A stretch of DNA of 64,000 nt, taken from contig JBHGNT010000013.1 of assembly GCA_043228905.1 (NCBI GenBank), positions 11,470,001 to 11,534,000 on the forward strand. Direction: 5' to 3'. Below are positions 29,272 to 42,412 of this stretch, piece by piece. This DNA is from Azolla caroliniana (taxonomy: Eukaryota; Plantae; Polypodiophyta). The notes beneath the pieces are model-generated. The model did not search any database, had not been told where the DNA came from, and saw only the letters and a list, made by a program, of their open reading frames with translations. The translations under genes were made by a program, and so were the position numbers. Each line of letters starts with the position of its first letter. Position 1 is the first letter of the stretch.

Positions 29272-32200
29272 TGTTGAGCGAGCAAGCTCAACGTGGGCCG
29301 GATCGGCTTAATAAGCCAAGAGCCGTACTCGAGACCTGGATTGGTGAGCCAGGCTCAAGAGCCAGATTCAGAGAACCAGAACAGAGGACCGGATCAGAAA
29401 AGCCGGATCCACGTTGTCGGGGTAGTTGTGGTTCGTGCAGTGAAGTCGTAGGGACTAAGGTTAAGGGGAGTTGAAGGAACCTAAATTTTTATAAGGCTTG
29501 TATGGTGATGTTAGAAAGGTTAAGAATAACAAGAAGAAGAGTTATGAGTAATGTGTGAGAAAGAGAGACGAGAATAGATAGAAGATAGAGACAATATATG
29601 ATTCAAGAAGCAAGATAGAGACAAAGTATGATTTAAGAAGGAAGATTGAGACAAAGTATGATTCAAGAAGCAAGAGTATATGATATAAACATGATTTATA
29701 TTAAAAAGATAATATTTTACCAACTTTACAATCCTTGATCGCAAACTGAACACATTCTTTACCGACCCTTGATTTGAACCCATGACCTCAACTTTGAAAC
29801 ACGAGGTTCTTCACCCAATGAGCTAGTCTTCTCTACTTAATTTTCTGTTCATGTCGATTCTAAAAGGCGATCGGATACATCCGTAACTTGAGCGTGGTAA
29901 AACAACTTCCTCTTACTCTCTCTTGATCTCCTCTTGTTTTCCTTGCCCCTCTTTATATAAGTGTTGCCATGCATATGGTAATGTATGGGAGCATGGTATG
30001 CATGCAATGCAGGCAATGCACGAGTTACATGTAATGCATGATCGCCATTTGGCACACATGTATTGCACGTGATGCATGGTAGCCATCATGCTCACTTCAG
30101 CTCCCATGTATGAAAATAGATATGGGATATGCAATCTAAAATAACTAACCTAGCTTAGTGGTGTATACTTTGTGTTTGGCATACAAGATTGAGAGTTCAA
30201 GTCTCTCAATTTTACTCAATACAATATATAGCTTCATTTATATCATGAAGCACATTTATTACAAACTCTTACAAATAAATAGCCTAGCCTAGTGGTATGT
30301 ACATTGTACTTTGTGTATAAGGATGTGGGTTCAAGCCTTTCAAATATTATTAAATACAATATTTAAGCTCATTTTTATATCGTGAAGCACATTCTTCACG
30401 ACACCCACCCCCTCTGAACTTGCACATTGGTTGTGCAAAGTTCATCCAACACTTCTTCTGATTCTTTTAGTTCTTCTACTTCTTCATAAAATTCGGGCTC
30501 TAATGACTCCCTCCTTTTAAATATTTTAATGCTTTTTCCTACAATTGGGATACTAATCTCTGTCCCATCTAACTCATTGAGGAAATATGTGGCCTTATTT
30601 GTTATTTTCCTAACTTCATAAGGTCCAAACCATCTTTTTGCGAACTTCTGAATAGTACTGTATTGATTATCTAAGTTGTTATCATATACTAATACCCGGT
30701 CTCCCTCTTGCACCCTTCTTGGTCATATTCTTTTCATCTTGTCAAATCTGTCCTTATTCTTGATTCTTGCCTCTTTCAATCTAGTAGCAGCTTTTTCTAT
30801 GTCTTCTATCCTAGATTGAAGTTGTCGTATCCGAATAGCAAGTAAATCTTCCCAACTCATTTCTGATTCCCAAGGCAACACAACCCATGTAGTTATCTTT
30901 TCTTCAATTGGCATTATCGGCTTTTGCCGGCATATATCCAGTAACAGTGCTATGGGTTGTTCTATCAACCCATTGTGCATAGGATAAGACTTTTGGCCAA
31001 TCACCGACCCGTCCTTTACATGCCTTTGCTAAAGCTTTGACTATTGGCCCATGTCCCCTTTCTATCTTTCCATTAGCTTCCGGATTGTATGCCGTTGTCA
31101 AAGATAGCCGAATCCCTATTTTGTCGAAAAAATCTTGAGCTTCTGCAGAATTGAGCTCTCCCCTATCTGCTACTATCTTCCCGATACATCCATATCTACA
31201 AACAATGTCCTCCAAGATGAATTGACATACTCCTAATGTCCCTTTTGTTCGCAGTGCATGTCCTTCCACTTGATTTGTTAGATCTTCTCTTGCAAGAACC
31301 AAGTATCTCTTTTGTCCTACTCCAAGTGGCATTGTTACCAAATCTATCATCCACTTGTAATGCACCCCCGGTGAGTATGTGGGTGTAATTCATCACAAAA
31401 TTTTACATTTGAATAATATTGACAAGTGGGACAAGTTTCTAAATACTTTTTTATTTGCTCATAGTATCGAGGCCACCAAAACCGTTCTTTAATCTTACTG
31501 AAAGTGGCCCACACTCCTCGATGACCAGCCCATTCTTTTGTCATGCAGCTCTCTGATTATCTCCTTTCTTTACCCTTCAGAACCTATTACTCTTTACGGG
31601 TTTCCAGTCTTGGTTTTCGGATGTCGCCATAGCTATCCTTCATGCAGGAAGAACTTATGGGCTTTCTTGCGAAACTGTGCGAACTCTTTTCCAGATCGAC
31701 CTTTGTACTTGTCAGGGGTTTGTAGGTATTTCCCTATTTCCTTGAATTCTTCTTCATACTCGTCTTCTAGAAACTGCAAACCTCCTTCCCGGGTAATGCT
31801 TGTGGTAAGGACTGTTTGTTCTTTGTCCTCATCGTCCGAGTCTGGAATTTCCTCTTCCTCATACCTTGCTCTTGATAACATATCTGCTACTGCATTTCTA
31901 TTCCCAGAGATATGTCGAACTTTAGGGTTGACCGATCTAATATAGATACACCATCTTAACATGGCTTGATCTGGAATATCACAATTAGCTATGATACCAA
32001 GAATAGGCAAACAATCTATTTCTATTATTATTTCAGCACCAATTAAGTAATCTCTATTGTCTTAACTGTTGTTACTACCCCCCATAACTCTCTTTTGACT
32101 TGTGCATATTTTCTTTGTCGACCACTAAGAACCTTCGCTCCGAATCGGACTAGATACCTTTCTTCCCCATCTTGTTGGCTTATCACCCATCCAATTCCAA

Positions 32201-33582
32201 TGGGACTGGAGTCTACTATGAGATATATGGGCCAGGTGTAGTCAGGTTGCTTTAATGGTGGAGCTTGTGCCAAGTAAGACTTCAATTTCCTCATTGCCTC
32301 TGAATGCTCTTCACTCAATTCAAATGTTTCTCCTTTTCTTAGGAGTCTGTATAAAGGTTCAGATAAATGGGCATAATGCGGATTCCATCTACAGTAAAAA
32401 ACACATACCCCTAGAAACCTTCGTACTTCGGAGACGGATGTACATTCCTCTTGCATGTTTTGAATTGCATTGACCTTGGTGGGGGATGGCTTTCTCCCAT
32501 ACGGGCCACACAGATGACCAACTATTAATATCTCTTTTTCCCCAAATATTGATTTCACCCCTGATAAGGTCAAATGCACTTCTTCCATCCTTGATAGTAT
32601 CTTCTCACAATCCTTGATATGGTCGGCAACGAATTGTCGGCAACCATCTTTGTCCAATTCCTCATTCTTCTCTTCCTCCTTGCATCCCTTGATCGGAACA
32701 TCATCTAAAAAAGGCATTGTAATATTAGGAATAAAATCACGAAGTACCTTGTTCATTCCATTCATCATATGCGCCACTGAGTTAGTCGCTCCTTGCGGCA
32801 AGGTACACATCTGTACTAACCCTATTGGTGTCTCGATAGAAGTAATATCTCAACTTTTGATAGCAAGTTGAAATTGATCATACCCGGAATAAAGGTCTCC
32901 CATTGAATATATAGCTCTTCTTGCAAACATCTCAGCAAACTCAGCCACAATTGGCCCTACTCCCGAGTTTCGGATTGTTACCTTATTCATGGGTTGCATA
33001 TCTTGGATAAATCAGAGCTATCCATCTTTCTTTAACACAGTGAACCATCGACTCGAGTAAGGAGCATTCGATGGTTCCAAGATACCCACCCTTATCTTTT
33101 CTTTTAGAAGTTCTAATAGTTGAGGGATTCTAGCCCTAGGCATGGCTATTGGCTTAAAATTCCATGGAATATGAGGGATAGTAAATATAACTATGGGCTC
33201 TACAATTTCTGGATCCACGCACCCTATTTCCACAGGTTGGAATGCGAACGCCTTTCCATGCCTTTTTAACATCTCCCTGAATTGTTTTTCTTCAGAAGGT
33301 AATAGGAAGTCACCCCCTCCTATTTTCATCCCTTGTATTGTTTCCAGAGTAAACACATGTCCCACCTTTCGTGGGTCTCTGATCATTGGCTCTGTGTTTG
33401 CTTCTTTGATTGCCTTTTCACTATCCCCTCGAAGTGGAGCAGCAATAGGACGAACCTTCTTCTCCACTGTCTTGTACTTTGTTAGTACATGTGCTTCATG
33501 ATCCTTTCGAGCAACTTCTTCAATGACCTTGTACATGTTGATTGAATGGACAAGAACTTGGATTTCGTTGTCGTCTTCCATT

Positions 33583-36500
33583 AACACCGGGTCATTTGAA
33601 ACAGGTAATATGTCGCATTCTCTTTTTCATATCTTAGTGAGATGTTAAAAAATGCCTTATTTAAGCAGAATTTCAACAAGGCACGACGCATGTGTATGTG
33701 GTTTATGAAAACATAGCGAAAAAAAGAACTAACTAATATCAAGTCAACCAAAATCATCCGACGTATATTCTATCTACCATGTTTTTGTCCAAATCTTAGA
33801 CAGGGGTGTATTTGTCAACACAAGTATAATAGTAACACGGGTCCTTGTGCATATTCTAAAAAGCATGCCCCATTGAATAAGTGACTTCTTCTAATTATGT
33901 GTGTATATTTAAATATAATACATCTTAAAGCAAATTGTGAACCTTGCAATTAAGAGATACTACTATGTCAAGAGAAAATTTCCATTGACACGTGATACAT
34001 GACACTGTCAATGTATAAATAAACTAGTCTACAATAACATTCCAATCATACGAGTAAATGATAGAGTATAAACTTATCTCCGATATACCCCAAATGATAA
34101 AGGATAGTTTAGATAACATGTACACATACAAGTATACTTAATTTCTAAGTTCAATGATTGTTACACGAAAATTATAAGTAAGCTCAACTTATATATTACG
34201 TCAAAATTTAACAATTCATATTGTTCAAAATTTACAATAAGCCATAACCATTCAATCGAATAATAAGTCTGGTAAAGCCGTCTACTCAGGATTAGCTCTT
34301 TCATCAGGATTGTCCTCATTGGCTTCGTCAGTACGCTAAGTTGAATTGTTAGTATGTTCAGACTCTGAAACGTCTTCTAATTCAACAAGTTGCCCTGCGT
34401 CTTCATCTATAGTTCCACAAGTTTTCTAAAAGTTATCTAGAACATCTAAGTTTTATTGATATGCTTTGCCCCAACTTCTTGGACTTGATCAGGACAACCC
34501 TAGATACCTTGGATCCTCATTTTGATGACATTAACTTGCTCAAGGTCCTTCTCTAATGTAACAGAGTTCCTGATAATCTTTAAGGCGTATGTTTTAGTAG
34601 TACATGACAATAGAATGAAATTGCACAGGTAACATCAAACTGAAGAATAGAATATAACGTTAATCTAAATTGATGTAAGTTTTATATTATATACCTGTGT
34701 CAGAAAACTAATCTAAAACCCATTGAAAATTTGAAACAATAAAATTTGAAAAAATAAAAAATCTTGGATTTTTAATTGGAATCCAATGCGATGCACTAGA
34801 TTTCAGTTGAAAATCCAAGTTTTTTTTTTTTGTAATTTTTAAAAAAATTTCCATTAAAAAATAAAAAATGGATTTTCAGCTAAAATACTATGCCCTACAT
34901 TATATTTTAGTATATATAGCTAGAATCTAATGCAATGCGTTGGATTAGAGTCGAAAATCCATTTTTCTTTTTTCTTTTTCCAATGTTATTTATTTATTTA
35001 TTTTCCATATAAAAAAATAATAAACGGCTTTTCAACTGAAATCCGATACACTACATCAGATCGTAGTCTATACAGCTAGACATTGATGCATTGCATCAGA
35101 TTTTAGCTGGAAATCCTCTTTCTTTTCAATTGTTTTTCATTTTTTCAAAAAATAAATAAAAATATATTAAAAAAGTGGATTTCCAACTGAAATCTAATGC
35201 ACTACATCGAATTTCAATTCAAAATCCAAATTTCTTTTAGGTTTTTCATAAAACAATGAGATAATAAAAAAATATTCCATTTTCAACAAAATCTGAACCA
35301 TTGAGTCGGATTTCAATTGCAAATTAATGTTTTATGAAAAAACATAAGAAAAATATTGGACTTTCAACGGAAATCCGATGCACTGCATCAGATTTCTGTT
35401 GAAACTCAGTGATTTTGAATGGAAATCCGATGCAGTGCATCGGATTTCCATTGAAAATCCTGTTGAAAATTATCTGTTTTCAACAGGAATCCAATGCACT
35501 GCATCGGATTCCCCTTGAAATCACATCATTTTAAATGGAGAAAATCACAATTTGTTTATTTTTAACACTTTTTTAGAGAAAAATATAAACAAATAAGAAA
35601 ATTTGTAAACAAACAAGAAAAAGTGGACTTTCAATCGAAATCTGATGCAGTGCATCGGATTTCCGTTGAAAATCCATTTTTTTCAATTCCTATATATTTA
35701 TTTATGATAAAAACAAAAACAATTCAAAACAAATACAAAAACAAATTCAAAATATCTGAAAAATTGGAAACAAATAAGACAAAATGGATTTTCAATAGAA
35801 ATCCGAGTAGTGCATTGGATTTCTATTGAAAACCCATTTTTTGCAATTTTTATTTATTTATTTATGGGAAAAAATGAAAAAAAATTTAAAAAATACAAAA
35901 AAAAATTTAAAAATATGAAAATTTGGTAACAAATAGCAAAAAGTGGACTTTCAATAGAAATCCGATGCAATGCATCGGATTTCCTTTGAAAATTCATTTT
36001 TTCAATTTCTATATAGTTATTTATGAGAAAATAGACAAACAAAATACCAAAAAAATTCTAAAAACTATGAAAATTTGGAAAAAAATAAGAAAAAGTGGAT
36101 TTTCTACGGAAATCCGATGCAGTGCATCGGATTTCCATTGAAAATCTATTTTTTCAATATTTATTTATTTTTTATAGAAAAAATTCAAAAAAATTCAAAA
36201 AAAGTCAAAAAAATTCAAAAAAAAAAGCAAATTTAGAAAAAAATACGTAAAAGTGGACTTTCAACCAAAATCCGATGCAGTGCATCGGATTTCCGTTGAA
36301 AATCCATTTTTTCAATTTTTATTTATTTTTTTATGGGAAAAATAAAAACAAATTGAAAAACAATTCAAAAAATAAGAAAATTTTCAAAAAAATAAGAGAA
36401 ATTGGATTTTCAATTGAATCCGATGCACAGAATTGGATTTCCGTTGAAATCTAATTTGTCAATTTTTATTTATTTATTTACGAGTAAAATAAAAAATGTT

Positions 36501-37534
36501 TATTTATTTATTTATGGGAAAATGTTTTATTTTTTCAATTTGTATTTATTTATGTATTTTCGGGAAATCCATGCAATGTATCATATTTTAGTCTATGTAG
36601 CTAGAATTCAATGCAATGCATTAAAATGCAAGAGTATTTTTTTAATGGAAATTTTTAAAAAAAATCCAAGACTTACAGGAATCTGATGCATTATATCCAA
36701 TTCTAGATGTATAGAGTAAAATTCGACATGTTGCGTCAAATCTAGATGGAATGAATCGGATTTCTGTACGACATCAAAGGCTTACTATGAGAATCTAAGA
36801 AAAATGGAAAACATCTTTAAGACATTTTTTAGATTCTAATGATTTTGGTAGAAAGCTTCTCTCACATAATCTAATCTTGTAAATGGAAAGTACATAATGA
36901 AATATCATAACCAAAAAGTGAGGAGGAAAGATGCATCAAGCACATCTACTCTTACATTGGATAATGTTTATATATTAGTGTATGACTTATCTTTGACCAA
37001 AACAAGTTATCTTTGACAGACCACAATGAAGATACTAAAAGAGGATCTAGAATGTGGCTTCAGACACAACACAAAGACAAACAAGAAGCATGACTCATAA
37101 ACTCGATGAGGTTGGATTGCAATTGGATCAACACAATGCATTAATTGCCATTGATGATGAGGATGAGACCTCATAAACTCGTACTAGTTCATCTAATGGG
37201 TATGAAGATGATGACATAAACTTGAAAAATGATTGTCCTGATACGTTAACTATAAATATTGTATTGCACATCAAGATTTGGATTCAGAATTTCTATAAAT
37301 ATTGGGGTTACTCATTTTGGACATTCATTTGTAAGTTTGGCATGTCCATTATTTAGGCATTTTTTTGAACACCTAAATTTCCGTACATGTTAACAATCAA
37401 TATATTTTTGGGTCATTTTTAAAATTCCTTTACGCATGCGGCACCCCTTTTTGTGAATCACCCTAATTTGTGTCATTTTTTGATGGACAGTTCTCAAAAT
37501 GCAACATATTACCTGTTTCAAATGTCCCGGTGTT
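33583..37534 (+). mobile_element. Non-autonomous AACAC-TIR DNA transposon inserted in the Gypsy pol
   Basis: ~37-bp TIRs AACACCGGGTCATTTGAAACAGGTAATATGTCGCATT, with the inverted copy ending at 37534. 4-bp TSD CATT. Removing it restores the Gypsy frame 'LEAM|EDDNE'. It retains a transposase C-terminal remnant at ~36880-37230 ('STSTLTLDNVYILVYDLSLTK', 'QLDQHNALIAIDDEDE'). Confidence 0.92.
34760..36770. repeat. Array of ~18-20 palindromic units (core GAAATCCGATGCAGTGCATCGGATTTC, extending to ~50 bp) separated by poly-A/T-rich spacers
   Basis: Best copies at ~35421, 35637, 35957, 36108 and 36267. Period is about 150-160 bp in the right half. Confidence 0.9.
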
Positions 37535-40500
37535 CATTGCTTCCAAATGAGTTATTGTATCTTCAAAACTTAATTCTTCAAACATATCCTGAATTCCTTC
37601 ATCATCATCTATTAATCCAGAACACTTAAAGTATTCGAAAGCATTTTGTATTTTATTATTATTTACTTTTAGTATAAAAGTAGCACCATTAGATGAGATT
37701 GTACAAGGAATATCTTTATTTACATTATTATTCATGGGGTTTTCTTTTATGTTCGGGCTATCACAACCCCTACCTGTAAAAGACCTATCTAAAAATCCTG
37801 GGAAAACTCTTCATCCATCTCTTGAATTGGATGTTCCCTCAAGCATTCTTTGTTTCTTTCAAGGTTGGGCCTCACGGTTAAGAATTGGGCAGTCTTTCTT
37901 CCATCTTGAGTCTTGATTCTCGTGAAAGCCGAACCATCATCAATAACCTTTGTTTCCATCCTCATTGCGGTGATGTAGGGCTGACCAAGGATGATGGGGT
38001 AGGTTGATCGATCTTACACAAAGAAATTTTGATTCACCGACACATCACCAATTTTTACCTTCACACTAGGACATGCTCCAAATAGATCCTCCGTAGTTTC
38101 TATGGCAGCTCTTATTTTCCACCCATGATTCTTGTCGATCGGCCACCATCCTTGAGCGTAAAATTCTGATGACATCATGTTAATCTCGGATCCATGATCG
38201 ATCAAAGAAATACATGGAATTTGCTGCTCCCCAATTTTTGCAGGTGCCTCCGTTGTTGCTCGAGCCCAATGGTCCCTTGTATAGTGACTCCTATCCCCTT
38301 CATGGATGCCAACATCATTCTGGTTTTTTACACTTGCAGCATTGATGGTGCCACCATACAAATTTTGGAGTGTTGCTGCACACCCTCCCGTAATTTCCTC
38401 CGTCACCTGTCTCTTCCTTCTAATAATATCTATGATAACTTCATGAAATTCTTTCTTTGCTATACCCAACACTTCTCTTAAAGTAAATTCTACCTTACTA
38501 TTTAATATTCTTGTTTCTAGTACCTTTTTTATATCCGTCATTGTTTCTATGTCTGAGGCAAGCTTGAAAGATGGGTCTGTCTTTCCTTTTACTTTATCAG
38601 CTTCCTTCGGCTCAGTAACACCCTTTTCCATCTCCCTTCTCTTGTGTTCTTGTGTCTCATGTCTCTTTGTCGGACCAGCTTCCTCAACTCTCTTCCGCTT
38701 CTCTTCCACTAGCACATCTTGTGCATTCACTTGGGCGAATGCTGATAGCGCGTCTACTGGATCATTCCATCCAGTGAAGTTTCATATTTCATCTCCCACT
38801 CTTTTTAATTCATCCACTCAAACCTTCCCCTTTCTTGCATAATCCATCACATCTTGCCAAAACCCAGATCCACCATATGAGTCTTCTACGCGCAACCCTA
38901 AGGTTGCCACGGATTGTATCGCTTGAGTTGTTTCTTTCTCGGCATCTTCCATTAGCTTTTTCATTCCTCCTCGCCCAAAGTTGAGTTGAAGTGGTTGTCG
39001 AGTCTCTATCGAGTGAATCTTGCCATCTTGATAGTAGATTTTATTATGATTAAGAGCATTCCTATGCTCTTGACAATCTTTCTTCTGGTGGTCAATACTA
39101 TCATACCACATACACATTCGGAACATTCCACCTCCCTGCCTTGGATGACGTCGAGCTTTGTCCTGATTCTAGCTTCGTCACTTTGATCGACAAGTCTTTC
39201 ATGCCTTTCACCAATTCGTGTAAGAGTGATTCTTCTACTTTCTTTTCTCCCGACTCGCTCCCCATTTCTTCATCATTTCTGTCGGGCAACTCCATAAACC
39301 ATAACTTTCTTTTGCAGAAATGGGCACACTCCCTTTTCACCTCCTCCCAGTCTTCGGTAAGTCCACTTGGACTATTCTCATCTTCTAAAAGAATTCCCAA
39401 GTCCTTCCTGTCTTTAATATTAGTAGCTTGTAGAAACAATATTACTTTATCTCGCACTTTAATATTTCTATCTCTAACATTTAGTTGCTCAAATCTTTCA
39501 GAAAACTCTTTTAATACTTCCAAAACACTTAAATGTTTATTAGACTCTACCCAATCCATGAAAGCTCGCCTTGTCATCCTTGACATATCGTTGAGGTTGT
39601 ATTCATTTAGCAATGCTCTTTCAAAAATCGCCCATGTATGATGTTCCCTGTATAGCTCCTAGATCCTTTCTTGTAGCCCAATCGCATCGACTCGACTAAA
39701 GCTATTAATTTTTGCAGCTTTGTCGACACCGCGTTTAAGCATTTCTTCATTATAAATCTTCAGAAATCTTGTTAAATTTATACCTTCGAAGATTCCTACT
39801 CGTGCGAGAATATTGTCGACGGCTTTGTCGATGCTTGCCATCATCCCTTGTTCCCGCATCACTCGTTCCATCATCGTACACATAAGCCTCATTTGCTCCT
39901 CCATTTCTCCTCATCATCGCCTTCACGTCGAGTTCACCAAATGTGTTAGGGTAGTTGTGGTTCGTGCAGTGAAGTCGTAGGGACTAAGGCTAAGGGGAGT
40001 TGAAGGAACCTAAATTTTAATAAGGCTTGTATGGTGATGTTAGAAAGGTTAAGAATAGCAAGAAGAAGAGTTACGAGTAATGTGTGAGAAAGAGAGACGA
40101 GAATAGATAGAAGATAGAGACAATATATGATTCAAGAAGCAAGATAGAGACAAAGTATGATTTAAGAAGGAAGATTGAGACAAAGTATGATTCAAGAAGC
40201 AAGAGTATATGATATAAACATGATGTATATTAAAATGACAATATTTTACCAACTTTACAATCCTTGATCGCAAACTGAACACATTCTTTACCGACCCTTG
40301 ATTTGAACCCATGACCTCAACTTTGAAACGTGAGGTTCTTCACCCAATGAGCTAGTCTTCTCTACTTGATTGTATTATTTTCTTACTCTCTCTTAATCCC
40401 CTCTTGTTTTCCTTGCCCCTCTTTATATAAGTGTTGCCATGCATATGGTAATGTATGGGAGCATGGTATGCATGGTATGCAGGCAATCCATGAGTTACAT

Positions 40501-41269
40501 GTAATGCATGATCGCCATTTGGCGCACATGTATTGCACGTGATGCATGGTAACCATCATGCTCACTTGGGCTCCCATGTATGAAAATAGATATGGGATAT
40601 GTAATCTAAAATAACTAACCTAGCTTAGTGGTGTATACTTTGTGTTTGGCATACAAGGATGAGAGTTCAAGTCTCTCAATTTTACTCAATACAATATATA
40701 GCTTCATTTATATCATGAAGCACATTTGTTACAAACTCTTACAAATAAATAGCCTAGCCTAGTGGTATGTACATTGTACTTTGTATATAAGGATGTGGGT
40801 TCAAGTCTTTCAAATATTATTAAATACAATATTTAAGCTCATTTTTATATCGTGAAGCACATTCTTCACGACAACGTGTGAACCAGTAGGCCGTTAGAGG
40901 CCTACGCTCCTAAACTAATAGTTAGTTATGGTCCTAGTAGTTAGCATCAGTAGCTCAGTACGTGCATTGAAGTACATGTCAGTACTTTTGTCAGGCCTTT
41001 TAAGGACTTGTATAAAAGTGCTCACGAAGCACATTGTAAGAATAGGGTGTTGTAATGTTTTGAATAGAGTTTACTGTTCTACTCTCTCTGTCTCTCCCGC
41101 GTATCCTTTGTGCGTGTTCAAGGTCGCCATTGAACCTTCATTTTTGTTTTCTACTGTTATCCGGCTAAGCCGGTTTGCCTAAGCTTCTAAATACAACTTT
41201 TTACATGGTATCAGAGCGCGAGGGTTGAGAACCTCTACTGCCGACAATTGCTCGAAACATACAAACCCT

Positions 41270-42198
41270 AATCACTGGTAAAGAACAAAAGAAAGAAGAA
41301 AGATATGGATAGAAGCATGGTGAGCTCGCTTCGTACAGAAATACACCCGAGCATGTACCCGAGCATGTGGTCGTGAACACATGTCACCAAGCAATACATC
41401 ACTCAGCTTGTCGCTTGCTCCCATGTTGCATAGTCGGCATCTTTCGGGCCGGGTTGATTTTCTTGTGCTCCTTTGATGTAGCTCCAATAGCCTTGGCCGA
41501 CAAGTTATTGGTGCATCTTGTACTCCCAAGATGCAAAGTTGTTTCGATCCAACTTCTCGCTAGGGAGAGAGCTCCCCATTTGAGTATTCATTATGTTGAT
41601 GAAGCTTTCTTTCTTCTTTTCCTCCTCTTTCGAACACGAGCTATGTAATCACACTACGATAGCAATGGACCGGTTTTTCTCGAACGTCGACGTAGAACAC
41701 AACACATGCGGATGGGCTAGACGAGCTACCAAACCGCTCTGATACCATGTAAAGAATCATGTATGATTCTTGTGTAGTGGAAGAGATGTGTGTTATGTGT
41801 ATGTGTGAGAGGAATTAGAGGAGAGAAGAGAGAACACAAGATAGATAGAAAAATGAATACTCAAGAAGAAGGTGTATATTCACAAGTAGAATATGAAATA
41901 CAAAATGTAGCATTACAAGGAGTCACAACCAACTTAGTATGAAGTATGAGGAGGGTGCTTTATATATAGTCACCCTCTCTCTTCATTAACTAACTACAAC
42001 AACCATTCTCTCTTGAGGAATGCGAAGACTCATAGTCATGTGGAATATGTAACTCATTAGTTATGTGTCATAGAATATGATTCTATGACACATAGTTAAT
42101 GTGTAGAGAGTAGTGGTGTAACTCTTGACCTTTGAGTAATCATAGATTCTCAAAAGGTGTGTTCACACATTGCACTATGTTGAGCTTCATTCTCAACA
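41270..42198 (-). mobile_element. Copia 5' end: LTR 41748-42198, tRNA-iMet PBS 41736-41747, gag N-terminus
   Basis: Plus strand GCTCTGATACCA is followed by TGTAAAG. The minus-strand gag reads 'EKLDRNNFASWEYKM'. Confidence 0.85.
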
Positions 42199-42412
42199 TT
42201 GATTAACTCTTGCTAAACTTGATGCTTGATGTTTTCGCAATCCATATATTTCTTGGGTTATTTGTTGCGAGGATGGGTTTGAAGCCCTCTCTCATTTCAT
42301 TCCAACAGTGAACTCCCAAAGCCATTATTTGTAGCTCCATAAGAAGTTGTCGATAATTGGTTTAATGAATTGAGATAAAAAGTTTCGATTTTGTTTTAAT
42401 AAAATTACTTGG

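Larger units (their letters stand above)
29415..40873 (-). mobile_element. Full-length degenerate Gypsy of the Ylt1/Chara-like (PQGATNS) type; LTRs 29415-30403 and 39944-40873
   Basis: LTRs about 0.93-0.99 kb. 4-bp TSD ACGT at 29411-29414 and 40874-40877. PPT AGAGGGGGTGGG at 30404-30415. PBS complementary to plant tRNA-Trp at 39922-39939. PR 'LIDHGSEIN', RT 'LPQGATNS' and 'PFLDD', IN 'AYNPEANGKIERGH'. Confidence 0.93.
29272..41270 (+). mobile_element. Copia 5' LTR (29272-29414 plus 40878-41205) split by a Gypsy insertion; tRNA-iMet PBS at 41206-41217
   Basis: TGTTGAGCGAGCAAGCTC start as at 20792. The LTR resumes after 40873, ends ...TTTACA and is followed by TGGTATCAGAGC. Confidence 0.88.

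Noticed and set aside
28746-29474. Transposase with a novel C-terminal extension
   Set aside because: The tail after 29271 is read-through into the inserted Copia and Gypsy LTRs.
29760-30345. Functional tRNA genes
   Set aside because: The A/B boxes and some T-arms are present, but I could not fold acceptor and anticodon stems, so these are reported as tRNA-like modules only.
34760-36770. CRISPR-like array of palindromic repeats
   Set aside because: Eukaryotic TE context with no cas genes. The spacers are ~100-bp low-complexity A/T tracts that resemble each other, and the repeats are degenerate.
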